DNA of 64,000 bases from Catajapyx aquilonaris (Eukaryota): assembly GCA_000934665.2 (NCBI GenBank), contig KZ537965.1:248001-312000 (forward strand), written 5' to 3'. Below the pieces are notes generated by a model. That model did not search any database. It saw only the letters and a program-made list of their open reading frames with translations, and was not told where the DNA came from. Positions 13,137 through 27,169 of this stretch are shown here, in pieces. A program made the translations under genes and the position numbers. The first letter of the stretch is position 1; the number at the start of each line of letters is the position of its first letter.

Positions 13137-13231
13137 AGTCAGGAACTCACTGAGAACACTGCAGGGACGATGGAAAGCTTGAGCAAAAATCATTCAAATT
13201 GATCCAGGAGGCACTCAGAATAAATTACGCT
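13137..13231 (+). other. Candidate 95-nt exon, apparently non-coding or UTR
   Basis: Acceptor ttttgtgtatttttcAG ends at 13136 and donor GTAAGT starts at 13232. All three frames contain a TGA. Confidence 0.35.
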
Positions 13232-16200
13232 GTAAGTATGGGAAAAAACATACAAAGATTAAAATGCAATTGCATTATTATTGCATACTTGCACTGGCTG
13301 TAATTGATATGTCAGATAAGTTTGACGCGTCAAGGACGGAATTACAAAACGCCTTTCTCAATTTCTACATAAATGTGGCTCCAACGTTATGAATTGCAGG
13401 ACTTGAGATCTATTTGCAACGTACAGTTATCGCCTGGTGAGATTAGGGCTTTGTATAAGCACTTAATAACAAGCAGCTTGACAAACACCACATTCTTCGG
13501 ATTCCTCGAGGAAACTCGCGCGTTTCCAGGAGAATGTGTCCGCGACAAACGGTATGTGTCACGTTCTGTAACTGGACTTGAAGGCCAAATTTTCCAGATG
13601 CGTTATGCATCCCGGAGCTGTGACTTGTCACCCACATCTGACGCACATTTGCAAAACAAGCGCAAAACAACAAGAATAGAGGAAAACAGGAATGTTTTTC
13701 TGTGCCGTCTTTTTGAAAGAAAGAAAGAAAAAAACATTCATTTTTCGGTCAATCCGAAGCGTTCGGTTCCCTCGGGAAAATCTGTGAAAAACAATCGGAA
13801 AAGTGGGGCATTTAGGACCCCACCATTTTTGGAAGGAGTTGCACCCTCCCCAATACCTGTGGTCCGGTTCCCGTTACTTTGACATTTTCTGACAAAAGAA
13901 AGGCTACTTGGGGTACCTCACGCCCTTCTACCTTTTGCTAAGTGAAAGGAAAACCTGGCTTATACACGTCGGCTATTGGCAGGGGGGCATTCTCTCAAAA
14001 GTCCGAGTAGGTGGGCCATGTGTCGTAAACAAGAGTGGCAAGAACCCGAAGAGAAAATGCTCGGGAACAATGCACAACTTGATGACTCCTAGTGTAAGAA
14101 TGAACTTCTCAGAAAAAACTTGAAACTCAGTAGTGGACAGAAACGAATTTATGGGGGGACCGGATCTCGTTCCTCGAACAATGTTGACCATGGAAGGCGA
14201 TGTCCTCACACTATACAAGAGAGGGCTGTTTGCATACAAGCCGTTCGCCGAACCGTGACTGGCTACCTGGAATTTTCACTGGTGCTGTTATCAGCATGCC
14301 AGAGTGCTGCACCATCTGCTACAATGTTGCTTGGCTAACACCATACTGATTATATATTATTATATCGACAATGTGCCGCATATTATGTACTACTTGAAAG
14401 ATTAAGCTGTGCAGTAGGAAACATGTCCCTGTGCAGTTACGAGGTCATGGCATGCGTCCTTGTCCTTGACCGTGACGGATCCTATTTTTGTTCGCAAAGT
14501 ACAGCATGACATGTGTGCAATTTTTTTTGTTGTTAGTACGTGTGTGCAGTGGTTCGGGTTCGGCAACCGCAGCGATTTATTTCCAGCTACGGTCAGCATT
14601 TATTAGCATGGGATGCCCATTCATTCTAATTCCGAGTTGACTTGTAGGGCAATCTTGATTACCGTTATGCTTCAATCCGTCAGCAGCGTATTTGAATGGA
14701 TTGCGCAATGGGAGGGTTTTACGACTGCTCAAGTTATATCCGGTAGTTTGCCATCGATGGTGGGGGGCCGGAAAAGAACATGCGTCAAATGAAGGCATCA
14801 TAAACACTTCGCAACCAGCGTACATATCCCTCCCTGGCACTGTTTATGACACATTATTCAATGGCAATACTAGGAGCACACATTACAAAAGACTTGCGCC
14901 AAGTGGAGAGAGAACCCATTGCTACATATCATGTGTCAGGCACGTGTAGACTATTAGACACGCATGCAAAGTTCGACCAGCAGGAGCATACGTTGCGATG
15001 TGACGTGGAAATATTGCGTCAATGGATTTTTTTTTCTCACCCCCGGACGCGCAGTACTTCCCATTATTGTACGGCCCCTGCGACAACGACATGTTCCCTG
15101 CAGGCATGTAGAGAGCGCAATTGACGTTCGATGACCTTTTTGAATGAAAAACCCATGACCTTGGGTCCGTGTTTTTTTTCCTGCCATCGGGATCATCTCA
15201 GTAGTGGACATTGACAGTATATATTCGGAACTCGGGGACATCAAAATAGCGTGTTTCACTCGCAATGTGTGTAAATATAGCAACCTCCCAGACGATTAAT
15301 AGCATAATGAGGAAACGTGTTGTGGTGTCGAAGCTCCGGCTGGAATGCACTTATCCCACTTCCTAAACTTGTGCACTTGAGCTCTATTTCTGGGAATGCA
15401 TGTCACATGCGTGTAACATATATATCCTCCTCCAGCTGAGCCATGCAGAAATGTTTGAGGGCAGCACATGATGAGTCGAGGCGTCTTGCGGAGGCGGCGA
15501 TTAAAATTACAGCCTGACTCCGGGGCCAGGGCACAAAATTATCCCTAGACGGAATTAATGAGATTAGCCTACATCGGAGCAATAATACCGTCGCTGCGAT
15601 TAAGACGCGTCGTTCTGCACCTAAACTTATGGCTTCCCTGAACAATGAGGAGTTAATTAGGTAGTCCTCCGGGCCCTTGCGACGTCGACGTTGTTTCCAC
15701 GTCAGGAGGCGAGCAGCAAAACCTCGGGATGAATTTGAGGATTTATTTCTGAGAGAATATGCCCCATTTTTAAAACTCGACAGTTGTACCAGTAATTATT
15801 ATTAGAAACTATACCATTGGTTGCTGTTTTTGATGACGACTGTACCTGTAATTGCATCCGTCTCATGTACTGTGTCGATGATCGCATGCGTGCCGAGTGG
15901 CTATGATTATGAATGATTTTGGCAGTTATTTTTTTCTGGAATTAATCGAGAGGCCTGGCCCCCGCCAGAAATAGAAATATCAAATGACACACAAACAATG
16001 AATACCTGCCCCAGGGTTTGATTGATGCCCGTTTGGTACAGTATCAAGTTATCCCAGCGGTCACATTAGCCAGGATGGTCATTAATTCCATTGTTATAAT
16101 GAAATAATCGGCCCTGGAAAAAAAACAGCAACGAGAGAATAATGTCGGTCCTGTTGGAATCGCTGGGTTGCATGCGAAGAAACTTGAGACAAAGATTGTG

Positions 16201-19200
16201 GACGAAGATCGGTCTTTCCCTTGCGGCCCCTTGAATGAAACATGGCTGGCAAAGTGGGCACGTGGAAGTTAGGATACACACACACACATCTACCACACAC
16301 ACACACTATACCAAACACATAGATAGAAAAAAAAGAAACGCGCCACAAATGTTTGGAATGACGGGCGTAACCGTGAAAAAGAAACTGCTTTTCCATCGTC
16401 GTAACCCGTGTTCCCCGTACAGGTGTCAAGGTTTTTTCATCAAGTAATGCGATTCTAATGGGAGTTGTAATGCCGCAAAGTTACGGTTACTATACCTCCC
16501 CCAAAGATTCATGGAGGCAGTGCCATTGCTGCAATTGCTAATCTTCGCGAGTAATAAAAAGTTTGCAACCTAAACTTTACCGTCCTCGGTTGACGAGATA
16601 ATTGGAGGTAATTTTAGCTAACGGTTGCAACAATGTGTTTGCAGCAGCAGCGCACAAGATGTATAGAGACAAGTTCCCCATTTTCTTATCCTGAAAGTGG
16701 CAGATTGATCATACATTAGAGCATCACCCATTTCCAGACTAACTCCATCAAAAGGTGGTCCTCTAAGAAATGACCAGCGGAAACGACAACGAAGGAGATT
16801 GGCGGCAGGAAATTTCTCTCATTTGTACAGATGAAATAACATTTTTTTTCGGGGCAAAGAAGAGACTTTTCTGTATCAATAAATGGCCGCCATCAGACTT
16901 CATAGACTGCGGGGCACGTTCAAACAGAGCCCCCCCATTGATCAGGCCTCTGCTGTTAGAAAGTAGGTTGATTAATTCAATATGTGTACCTTATGATTGA
17001 TTTTAATTTGACAATACTGACGTAAACATTAATTTCGGCATGTAATATTGTTCAGCATCAATATTGCGTCCTGTCAATTTAAAACCGGGGCGGGCTTGTA
17101 ACATGGATGCCAGGTGCATCAAATTTTTATGCCCCACTCTTCAATATTGTGTCCTCTCAGTGCTAGCCTCGGTTTTCTCATGTTTGCCCAACTAAACCGC
17201 TCTTTTTTGTGCGGCGAGACAGAATGAATGAACGGAGTCAATGGCATGCGTGCGAAAAAAAAAATGTGTGTGGCCTGCGTGCTTTGAGGCCACCATTTTT
17301 CTTGATAGCTGGAGTGTCTCTAGCGCGCCTAGTAACAAGCGAAAGAGCGACAACACACAACAGAGCGCTTTCTCTGAAACGGTTTCATGGCGAGGAGAGC
17401 TTGGAAGCCCGTTAGCTTGCCTTGCTCCAGTTCCTGCTGCACGACAAGCCGAGGTTATCCTCCGAGTTTCCTTGAAAGGAATGTGGACTGGGTAGCCTCT
17501 GAGGCCGGTGCCTTTGACAACATATGATATTACACAGTTTTTTAATAGTTAAAAAATGGTGCTATTATTAGCTGGGGCGTGTAGGGGAGAAAGTAGGTGT
17601 GGTCATTTCTAGTGACGTAATTTGCAACCCACTCCGGATCACACTGAGATAACCGAGTGCGATACGATCCATTCACTGGCGAAATTTTTGGTCAGGTGCT
17701 GTTTGAACAGTTTAGTCTGCTTTACGCACCTGCACTATGGTAGTGTAAGGTTGTGCAGGGATTTACGGCATGCCTGGTTTTGGCCTGCGTTGTAGGGCAG
17801 GGCCTGGGAGTTGGTGAAAGAAGTGGATCGATATGTGTAACCCAGTTTCGGAGCATTTGGGTCACAACGCATTACCCCAGGTACATGGGCAGCATGACTG
17901 TAGGCTTGCTATACTCCCGTCAGAATATTTTCCAATGACGGAAATCATTAGTAGCGTACCGTACTCCATCACAGTTTGTCTGGCCAGAGTGGGCCTTGAT
18001 CGAAACGGGAGATTTTTTTCGGGGGAAAGCCCCATGATAATCCTTCGGGCGAGGGGGGGTTTTTCCTCTCGTTAAAAGTCAGCTGGTATCGAATGGACTT
18101 TGTGACGTCCCATGCTTCTAAAAATAGATTTTGTTAATGTGAAAAACTCATATATTTTGTAAAATAAAAAACGCCCTATCGGACAGTAGCTTCCGCAATT
18201 CCCAGTGACGTCAAAAGGGGGTACGGTTACTGTAAATGCCCAGAGGCTGTGAGGGTCAGGCATTGATTTGCATACAATTTTTTTTCCTCATATGACGCTA
18301 GCAGGTTCCACGAATAGCTATACATTAGGAATTAAGCAACAGGGTGTTTCATAATGGTCAACACAAAACTTAGGTGAAATAGATGGCATTCCAAGCATGT
18401 CAGATATTGGCTCACAAACCGCAATGTACAAGCTACAAGAATTCTCCAAAAAGTATCGGGAACCTTCCATATCTCCGGAAATAATGGAGAATATTGGAAC
18501 TGTTGACCCTCTAGGTATATATAGGCGAAACTTGAGGGGACGAAATGAAAATCCGGGAAGCCTATTGGACATTCCTTTCCTTCTTCCTGTCATATATATT
18601 CCAGGCCCAATAAGCCAAAGAGGAGAGACTTTATTGAAGTCATGCACGCAATTTGCTTGTGTGGGCGGCAGAATGGAGCACGTGGCGAAAGATAAAGGTC
18701 ACGCACTCTGGGGGTGTAAGAAGTTCATGTGGACTAAAAGAGGGGAGGAAGTAAATACACACAATAATGAAGAGAGAGAGAGAGAGAGAGAAAAAAAAAA
18801 GGTGTAACTAGGTCCTACATGTTTGGTCTGTCCGATTCACACCTGGTTTTTGCTGTTTGAAAGAGAGTGGATTTTATGACTGGCTCCCATGTTTGTTCAC
18901 ATTCTTGAAGTGGGCGTTGGTGCATTAGCGACAATGTGTGTAATATTACAGGGTGCCAATAAAACTACCGATTGAATCCTCACGACATGTTGATCAGATT
19001 GCGGATATTTTTGAAGAGCCCCCCCCCCACCCCCCTCGGTAATTGTGGTTCAAACATTGTTGCGTTTACAACTTTGTACAACACAAATCCGTCGAACCGA
19101 GTCAAAATGTTTTTCTACGAATTATTTATGTACCTAGTGCAAATTATTCGTAATGGAATTACCGAGAAACTTGCGCTTAGAATTCCTGGAACAATTTTGA

Positions 19201-21509
19201 GTACATCCGGCAGTAAAAATCAGTAATTTAAGNCTGGTAACCCCCCCCCCCCACCCTCCAAAAATTGGTCGACTTTTCACATGCGTTAGGAAGCCCCTAA
19301 TCCATCACAGACAACACTGGTGATGATCACCAGCCATTATGCAAAAAGTAATAACGTGACCGCCACCATAACGATGACAAACTGTGCGGATCAACCGGAT
19401 TAAACACAAATCGACATGCGCTGAAGGTGAGAAATACGACCCACTCTGTGGCGAGTGGCGTTATGCAAATCAACACTCTTTTTTTGTTATTTTCTAGGGC
19501 TGAACCCTGTTTGTGTGTTGACTCTCTTTTTTTTCCTTTCTTTCCAATGACCGCGAGTGGTCAACTCAATGGAACACGGATCTGTGCTTCAGGCAAGGTT
19601 GTTGTTGTTTTTTTTTGACCAAGTCGTGTGAGAGGATAACAGGTGTGGGAGTACCGTACAACAAAAATGGGAACGGTACCGTAACGGTATGCAACCTTCC
19701 AGTACAAGGTCCAACAATTCATGAAAAATATTTGCAAAAAAAAAGAAAAATTGCACGTGGCCACCTCTTTTTTCCTCAGCTTCGGGACAAATAATTCTGA
19801 CAATATTTAACGAGTTCTCTGCTTTGTCAGCAGTTCATTAAAAATTTGCATAAAGCGTCATTTGTTCAGGACTGCCCGGCAAATTAAGCATCAAAATTGC
19901 CTGCATAAATCACGTAATGGCCACTTCGCCATATCGATTTGGCACGCTGGAAACACAGAAGCTTCGCGATACTTTGTTACAAATATCGCCCCGCCACTAT
20001 TTCAAAGGGACAGGGTTTACAACAAAAAAATACACTAGTTTTTTTGTACAATAAATTTTCGCAGCCTGCCTCTGTTACTTACCCAGTACTTTTTTGTCAT
20101 TATGGAAAAACGGCGAACGTGTTGCTTGTCGGAGCGCAAGGGTATAAATTTGGCGGAGAGAGACTGTTTTTTTTCTCCTTTTCTATTCTTTGTCTTGGCC
20201 CCCATAATCGATTGCTAATGGTCAGTTTCAGCAATCGTAAATCATAAGGAGCTGGGGGGGTTGTAAGTTGAGATCTGCGCGGGACTTTGGCTATATCCCG
20301 TGAGATAAAGCGCTTGATCGGACAGAGAGAGATTATTATAGCGGCGTGACTATCCTACTGTGAACCACTGTCGAGCCCACTATAGCTGTGCCCATATAGA
20401 CTGTTTGGTCATGTATACACGCATGCTCGTACAACATTAAGCAACATATACGGACGAGTAAAATTAATATTATAAAGAAAACACGACTTGTTATTTTATG
20501 CACCGTAATTAGGTTTTTGGAGTATGCAATTTTTCATGCATACCTTAATATTATGCGAGTTAACATGGTTCGATCAGGATCGAGTTTTTGCAGGAGTACA
20601 GCAGTAACCTATTTAGGGTTTCATTAGGGCTGGTTAGCTCCAGAACAAACAAGAAAACTTTTCCGGATGCAAACCTGCTTTCAACATGACCTGATGCATA
20701 TGGATCACCTGTAATTTTTCATGAACATGTAAATTGTACACTCGCCCTCATATATATATATATATTTTAAACCATACGATGCGGGGTAATTATTCAATTT
20801 TATTTGAAGTACACCACGTAGATCACAGTAAAAGGTATGTCAGACCACTTAATTCCACCCAAAGTGTGTACAACACCCAAAGGCGATGTAAATTGTCAAT
20901 TTACGAGCATAAAAGGTCACCTTCTGACGAGGTGGGAAAGAAAACCGCTTGACTAGAGAATGTGAGGGGCAAAGGACGTGCGAGACAAGTGTCCAGCAGG
21001 TGTTGTCCCTAACTTGACCACTATCAGCAGGTGTTGTGGTATGCAATGTTGCTGACCACCGTTAACTACAAGCGAAGGTCGTGCCAAAGTGAGTTTGCAA
21101 GTCTGCCCCCGCCGCGAATAAAGCCAAGGGAAGGTAGGTCGTCGGTCCCGTTATATCCAGCAGTCAACGGCTTTTGCGGAAGGAATCTTCTGGTTTCTAA
21201 ACAAGAAGGCAGGGTAAGGAGGGAGGACGGAGGGAGAGAGGGGGTTGCAAAATAAAGTTTGAAAGGATGAAAGGGAGAGGGGAAAGGACTCTCTGCTAGC
21301 TTCGGGAGAAAAATCCCTGGCTAGATAGCGCAACGTGGAGCCTCTCGCGCAGCACGCATGACGTGGAAGAGAGAAAAGGTCAATGCCTGTAAACATTGTC
21401 GTCCTCATGCCTTATCCTCAGGACGTCACGCTCATTTCACATTTTTTAAGGGGAACGGAACCCATCGCAATGCACACGATTCGTTACGTCTAGATGATAA
21501 AGCCGGGAA

Positions 21510-22054
21510 AATGTCACGTATAAGTGGACGTAACGCCGTCACGTATAAGTAGACCGGCGTAATGTCACGTATAAGTGGACGTAACGGTGTCACGTATAAG
21601 TAGACGTAACGGTGTCACGTATAAGTAGACGTAATGTCACGTATAAGTAGACGTAATGTCACGTATAAGTAGACGTAATGTCACGTATAAGTAGACGTAA
21701 TGTCACGTATAAGTAGACGTAATGTCACGTATAAGTAGACATAACACTGTCAGTCTGTCACGTATAAGTAGACATGACACTGTCAGTCTGTCACGTATAA
21801 GTATAGACGTAATATCACATAGTGTAAGGAGACGTAGGGTCTAATGTCACACATAAATTTGCATAAATAGACGTGACAATGTCATGTAGACCTATATTAA
21901 TTAAGTGGACGTGACACTGTGACGTATAAGTAGACGTAACACTGCACGTATACGTTAGTACGGACTTATCACATATAAGTCAAGTTATAAGTAGACGTCA
22001 CAATGTCATGTATAGTGGACACTGACGTATAAGTAGACGTCACATTGTCACGTC
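21510..22054. repeat. 22-bp minisatellite (gtcacgtataagtagacgtaat) with 25-bp and longer variants, about 20 copies
   Basis: Perfect 22-bp periodicity at about 21614-21740; 25-bp variants on the left and progressively degenerate units on the right. Confidence 0.97.
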
Positions 22055-22159
22055 TAAACAGCTCGGTGTGACGTCGTTGGAGTCGAGTTACCAGGTAGTA
22101 AACAAGGATGCCGTGTCGTGACGCGTACGAGCTAATAATAAATGTCCGTCCACGCTCCG

Positions 22160-22217
22160 TACTCACAACCTCGTGCGTCATGAAACTGTAAACGGTGTCG
22201 TGTCACCTTTTATACCC
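22160..22217 (-). promoter_or_regulatory. Candidate TATA + initiator core promoter followed by a splice donor
   Basis: Minus strand reads gggTATAAAAgg (22214-22208), then CAGTT with the A 27 nt downstream (22187), then ATG ACG CAC GAG GTT|GTGAGT. Confidence 0.3.
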
Positions 22218-25200
22218 GCCGGTGTATGTCTCTCGAGGCAGCAGCAGCACAGCCTCCACTCGACATGTGGAATCCCTGACCGCGCTCAGAAAACGGACAA
22301 GTACGCATAGGAAAATCGTAGCCTAAGTTGCTTCTCTCGTCGGGCTCATATAAATAATATGTTACACTCTGCTCTCGGAGACGCCGCCGTCGGGAGAGGT
22401 GGATTTTTTTTCTGTTGGAAAAAAACCCCTGCAAAGTTGTCCTGGAAACCTTTCCGCACTCTAACCGACATCAAATATTAAACTCATTAAGAAATGAAGT
22501 GACTCCCCATGGAGGCCCCCATTTTGTTATGGCAAGTTTTCCCCTCAATTCCTTTAGATTACTTTTAACCTGCAAATGTCGTTTTATTTGTGCTTCTACA
22601 AAAATTTCAAACAAGTGCGGTTGTCAGGTGTATAACCAGTGAAAATTAATCGAACTTATAGATTTTTAAAGAGTTTGGGAGTTGCAATTAAGAGGCTGTG
22701 GGGAATGCCTTTTAAGTTATTCAGGAAGGCAGAAATTGAGAAGGATTTATAATGCATGATGTGCGTGTTACGCACTCTATGTACACATGCAATGAAGCTG
22801 CTGCTTGGGGGGATGGGTATGTATGTATATAAAGTCAGATATCCTATATGTAGGTCATGCCATGAATAATATTGATTTATCGGAATGGTAGAGGGGGGTA
22901 TATTTGCGCACATATACGCTTTCAATCGCTCTGGACTTGTCCATGATTCAGCCTTCGATCCACTTCCCAGTACTCTTTTCTCTCTCTCTCTATCTCTAAA
23001 TGTGTGTGCCATCCATATATAGGAAGGGAACAGGTAGTAGCACTAGAAATTTCATGATATGCCATATGATTCGGACAGATGGGTTTGCTAAAAAGGCAGG
23101 AAAATGGATTTTGCGACTATTGAGGCTAGATACAATGGGTCAGAATCAGAAATTCATACCTCAGAGGCTCTGATTGCTTCAGAATAATTTTTTTTTTCAG
23201 GCGCCAGTGTGACTGTTTGTGAATATTATTATGGGCAGGTCCTTATTAAAGCGGAAACCAATTCAGGTATAATCGGAGCGAAGGACAGTATGAGCTACGT
23301 CACCTATTTTGGTCATCAGCCTTGGCCAGTTCCCTCTTGCGTACCTGATGTAATTTCGCCTTGTATTACTTTCGCAATGCCATTGCAAGTAGGAAGTGTG
23401 AGAAGACGGGCCGCCGATTACAAGACTGGCAACAAACCGTGGCCCAAATAAATAAAGCAGGAAGTGCATCGTTTTGTCCGTCCACACACAGGAATTCGAA
23501 ATATATGCCAGAAAATCAGCAGACTGTGTATACTTAAGGGTGCAAATATATTAAAGCCCAGTGTGGCGTCTGCTGTATACATCATCTCGAGAGTTGTGGT
23601 TCCGCATCCGATGCCTTGGGGACCCCTGTCCTCGACCCGGTTTGTCAAGGGAAGCCCCACATCTAGCTGCAGCCGGAGATGAAAAACATTGAGCAAGTCG
23701 AGCAAATTGGATTTGTTTGGTGCAAAGCGGTTAGCTCAAGACCTGTGTGCACCGCATTGTGTACGTTCGAGATACGCGGCTAAATCCAGACCAGACCTTT
23801 GGATAGGTCGTCTTCCTAACAGAGGAAAACAACATTCAGAAGACGTTATTGAAGTGTTAATAAATTTTTATTTAACAACGTCACTGGTGGTTGCCACTTT
23901 CCCTGCGTATGAGTCACAGGTAATAGTACGTAATCAATGTCCTTGCCGAATTGACAGTGATTGAATCCTTGGAGTTCGGGGGCGTCTGTCCAGCAGCAGA
24001 CAAGGTTCTCCCAGCTGCTTTTGCGTCTCTCTTTTCTCAGCTACTACGAATTGGCCCCAGTAATATTTTGTGGGCCGATGCTGCTCCGATGGATCGAGGT
24101 CATCATTGCGGCTTGTCGGTGACATAAGCATTACGGCATGGACCGGTGCGAAGTGGGTCATAATTCTCCTTCCAGACAACCGGCATTGCTTTGCGACCAT
24201 GGTTGAGATGAATGTGAGTGGCGAAAAAAGAAGAACAACGAAATGGGTCAGACGCCTGTTACCTAATGTAGCCGCTCTTTTTTTTTTAAAAGGTATATTC
24301 CAAACCTGCTATTTTGGGAGCGACACGAAAACATCGCGATGGGAATTATGCGAGAGACGACCTCCCAGCAGGTTAAATATAGCGGACTCGATCGAAAAGG
24401 TCACTGAGGTATACAGCTGTGGACGTAAAAAAAACACACACATGCACTGAGGGGCAGTGATGCTGTTCAACCATGGTGAACTTGACCTCGTGACGGGGAC
24501 ACACAATAGGGCAGTGTATACAAGGGGGTCAACTGATGCTTGACAAAGAGAGGGTCGTTTATAGCTCCAGAGTTGTAGCGATGACCTGTGTGTACTTGAG
24601 CCGTTACTGCCACCTGCTATTGTTATTGAACACGCACACTCTCTCTTTGGACCTGTAACATCTCACTTCAGCTCCACAGGGTGTTCCAAGATGTAGGAAA
24701 ATAATGGCTGCTATATTACGTGACATGAAGGCCACATCTAGTAAAATAATTTATATGGACAACATTCAAATCATTACAAAAATTATATAAAATTATCAGT
24801 CAATATTTCAGCCTGAAGCTGCTATAAGTGGCTATCACCATTTAAATAACTGTTTTAATATTAAAATGAAATTTGGTAAATTGGGCAACATTCAATGCAT
24901 TGGATGAAATTAGCGGTTGATATTTCAGCCAGCTCCTGACATATTACTGGTTAAGCGCCATTTTCGCAAACGACTACAATCAGTGTCTAATTACACATTC
25001 TGCAATTATGCCAATTGACAGCCCACTCCTTATACATGGCATAAACAAGGGTCCTGTGAGACCACTACTTGCACACTCGTGATTTATGATACAAATATCG
25101 ACAAAATAATGTGTCTGAAGACACTATCTCGACCTGAAATGACAGTTTTCTCCCCACGAAAGTTGAATGGTCTTATCTAAGACGCTGACGTAATTTATTG

Positions 25201-27169
25201 ACAAGTGGTGCACTCGGGTTGCCGTTGTGTCCAGTGTCAAAATTTTTGATTGAATGACCGCAGTTCTCGATAGCTATCGATCAGACTTCATTCAAGCGTC
25301 CCCTCTCCCCATATAGCCTCTGTTATGGCACGATAGAGATCTGGTATTGCCCACTGTTATGACACTCTTATAAGAAAAGGCAGGACCATTCTCCAGTTCA
25401 AAATGTGTTTATTCCTTATGGTCAGATGCCATCGGGTGTAAATGCAGAACCGGTATGTTGGGCAGTGTAAATTATGCAATAAGGAGATGGCACGATAGAG
25501 AGAAAAAATTGAGGACTTGCTCAGCATGTAAGAGACAATAGAAATGAGGTCAGTGTGTGTGTTTTTTTTCTGTAAATATTACTGTGAGATTCTCATTTGT
25601 TGCAGAAATTGTTATTAATATTTTGCGAAAAAAAAATTAGGGAGAAAAAATTCATGCGCTATAATAAACAAGTTGGGTTTGACTCTGTTGGCAGGCTTGT
25701 CGCTTGGAATTTTGCACTCGTTTCTGCATTACAGGATAGTAAAATTAAAGAATTAGCAAAGTATTTCCAGGAATGCCTGACGGCGGTTTCGTGCTAAAAC
25801 CTTGCATCTTTCCAATTAAAGCTGGTTATTAAACCACACAAACGCGGAGCAATCCACATGAGCTTTTCCAGGGCAAAATTTCATTTTGGAAACTTCAGAA
25901 GAGAAGAGTGTATATATATAGTTGTAGTAGGGGGGGGGGGGCTAGGATCTGGACCCTCCCCAATGGAAAAGTCTGCGTTGTATTTTTAATTGGATTTAAT
26001 TGGAAGCTTTTTGCCGCGATTTCATTGCGGAAAAAAAGGGAGGGGTGGAACTAACCCAGAAAAAAAAAGTTTCGGCCATGGGAGTTATTTTAGATTCCGA
26101 ACACAAGCTCGTGAAGAATCCACAGTAATTATTTAATGCTTCCATTGCTTCACGCCCGCCGCAATTATTGGCGCCTATTTTTGCACATCAAGCTTGAAAA
26201 TTGCTGATTCTTCTTACAACTTTTTCTGGAAAGAATCACTGACTTTTTTTAACAAAAATTTAGCTGTTTTTTTAAATAAAAAATGGCGTGAAGGTTGTGA
26301 AGATTTGCACACTGGGCCGAGTCCATGCCAGAACCAGGACCTTTTCAAAACAGAGGGCAGGATGCAGATTATTTAGCTGCCAGCTAGTTACTCACTGCGA
26401 TTTATGCCAGAGCAACACCCCCATGCCCCCCAGTTGCAGAAACATGTCAAAAAAAGCCCCTGAAGGAGGAGCCTTTCCACCTCGTTGTGTCAATAAGGTA
26501 ATCGCGTGATGATATTACAGGAAAGTTAAGTACACTCGAGAAAATGATTGTTGATTATTTGATTTTTTTATCCTCCATCACCCCTCCCCCAATCGGCTTG
26601 TGTTTATTTATTTATTAGGGACGAAAAACCGTGTCACACACATTCTGCTACATAAATATTTGGCCTGGTAAAATTAGCGCGATTCATGTTCGCTTCAGGA
26701 TTGTGTTTGACCGAATTACTATATTTGTCGGCCAGTGATTTCGGCCTTGTAAACATGGGATCATATGTTTGATCATTTTTTTAACTATCTCTCGTTGCAC
26801 TGCAGGGAACGTCACTGAATTTCACTGGTAATGTTGCTGTCGACCTGAATTCCCCCGACAAGAATGCAATAAATGTAAATGTTACTGATCAGGAGGAAAT
26901 GTTGCAAAAACACATATAAACTTAACACCTGTAATGTTTACGATTTTCGTACGTAAATTAAGTCAACACCTGGCAGATGGAAAATATTCGTAATAAATAT
27001 TAATTCAATTTTGCAACTGAATTTTTTTCAGTTGATTCCACCGGTTTTTTTCTCTCCTCAAAGCAATAATTTTGACTGCGAGTAATTTTTAATAAATCGA
27101 TTGCACGTCAAGTTGAGGATATTCTTGTCAGGTTGAAGTTTGAGAGCCTCCCCTCCTTCAAATACTTTA

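Noticed and set aside
13373..13882. 169-aa ORF
   Set aside because: No recognisable domain, and the C-terminal half runs through A-tracts. The length is compatible with chance in 64 kb.
14846..15124. ILGAHITKDL resembles the LINE reverse-transcriptase C-terminal FLGVHI..DL motif
   Set aside because: No YADD motif or other RT motifs were seen nearby, and the match is too short.
18397..18807. 136-aa ATG-initiated ORF
   Set aside because: It ends in a (GA)n/poly-A microsatellite and I recognise no homology.
21510..22054. CRISPR array or baculovirus hr/late-promoter (ATAAG) array
   Set aside because: There are no unique spacers and no viral ORFs nearby; ATAAG is simply part of the tandem unit.
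23201..23266. Possible 66-nt exon (tttttttttcAG ... CAG|GTATAA)
   Set aside because: The donor is weak, the peptide is unrecognised and no partner exons were found.
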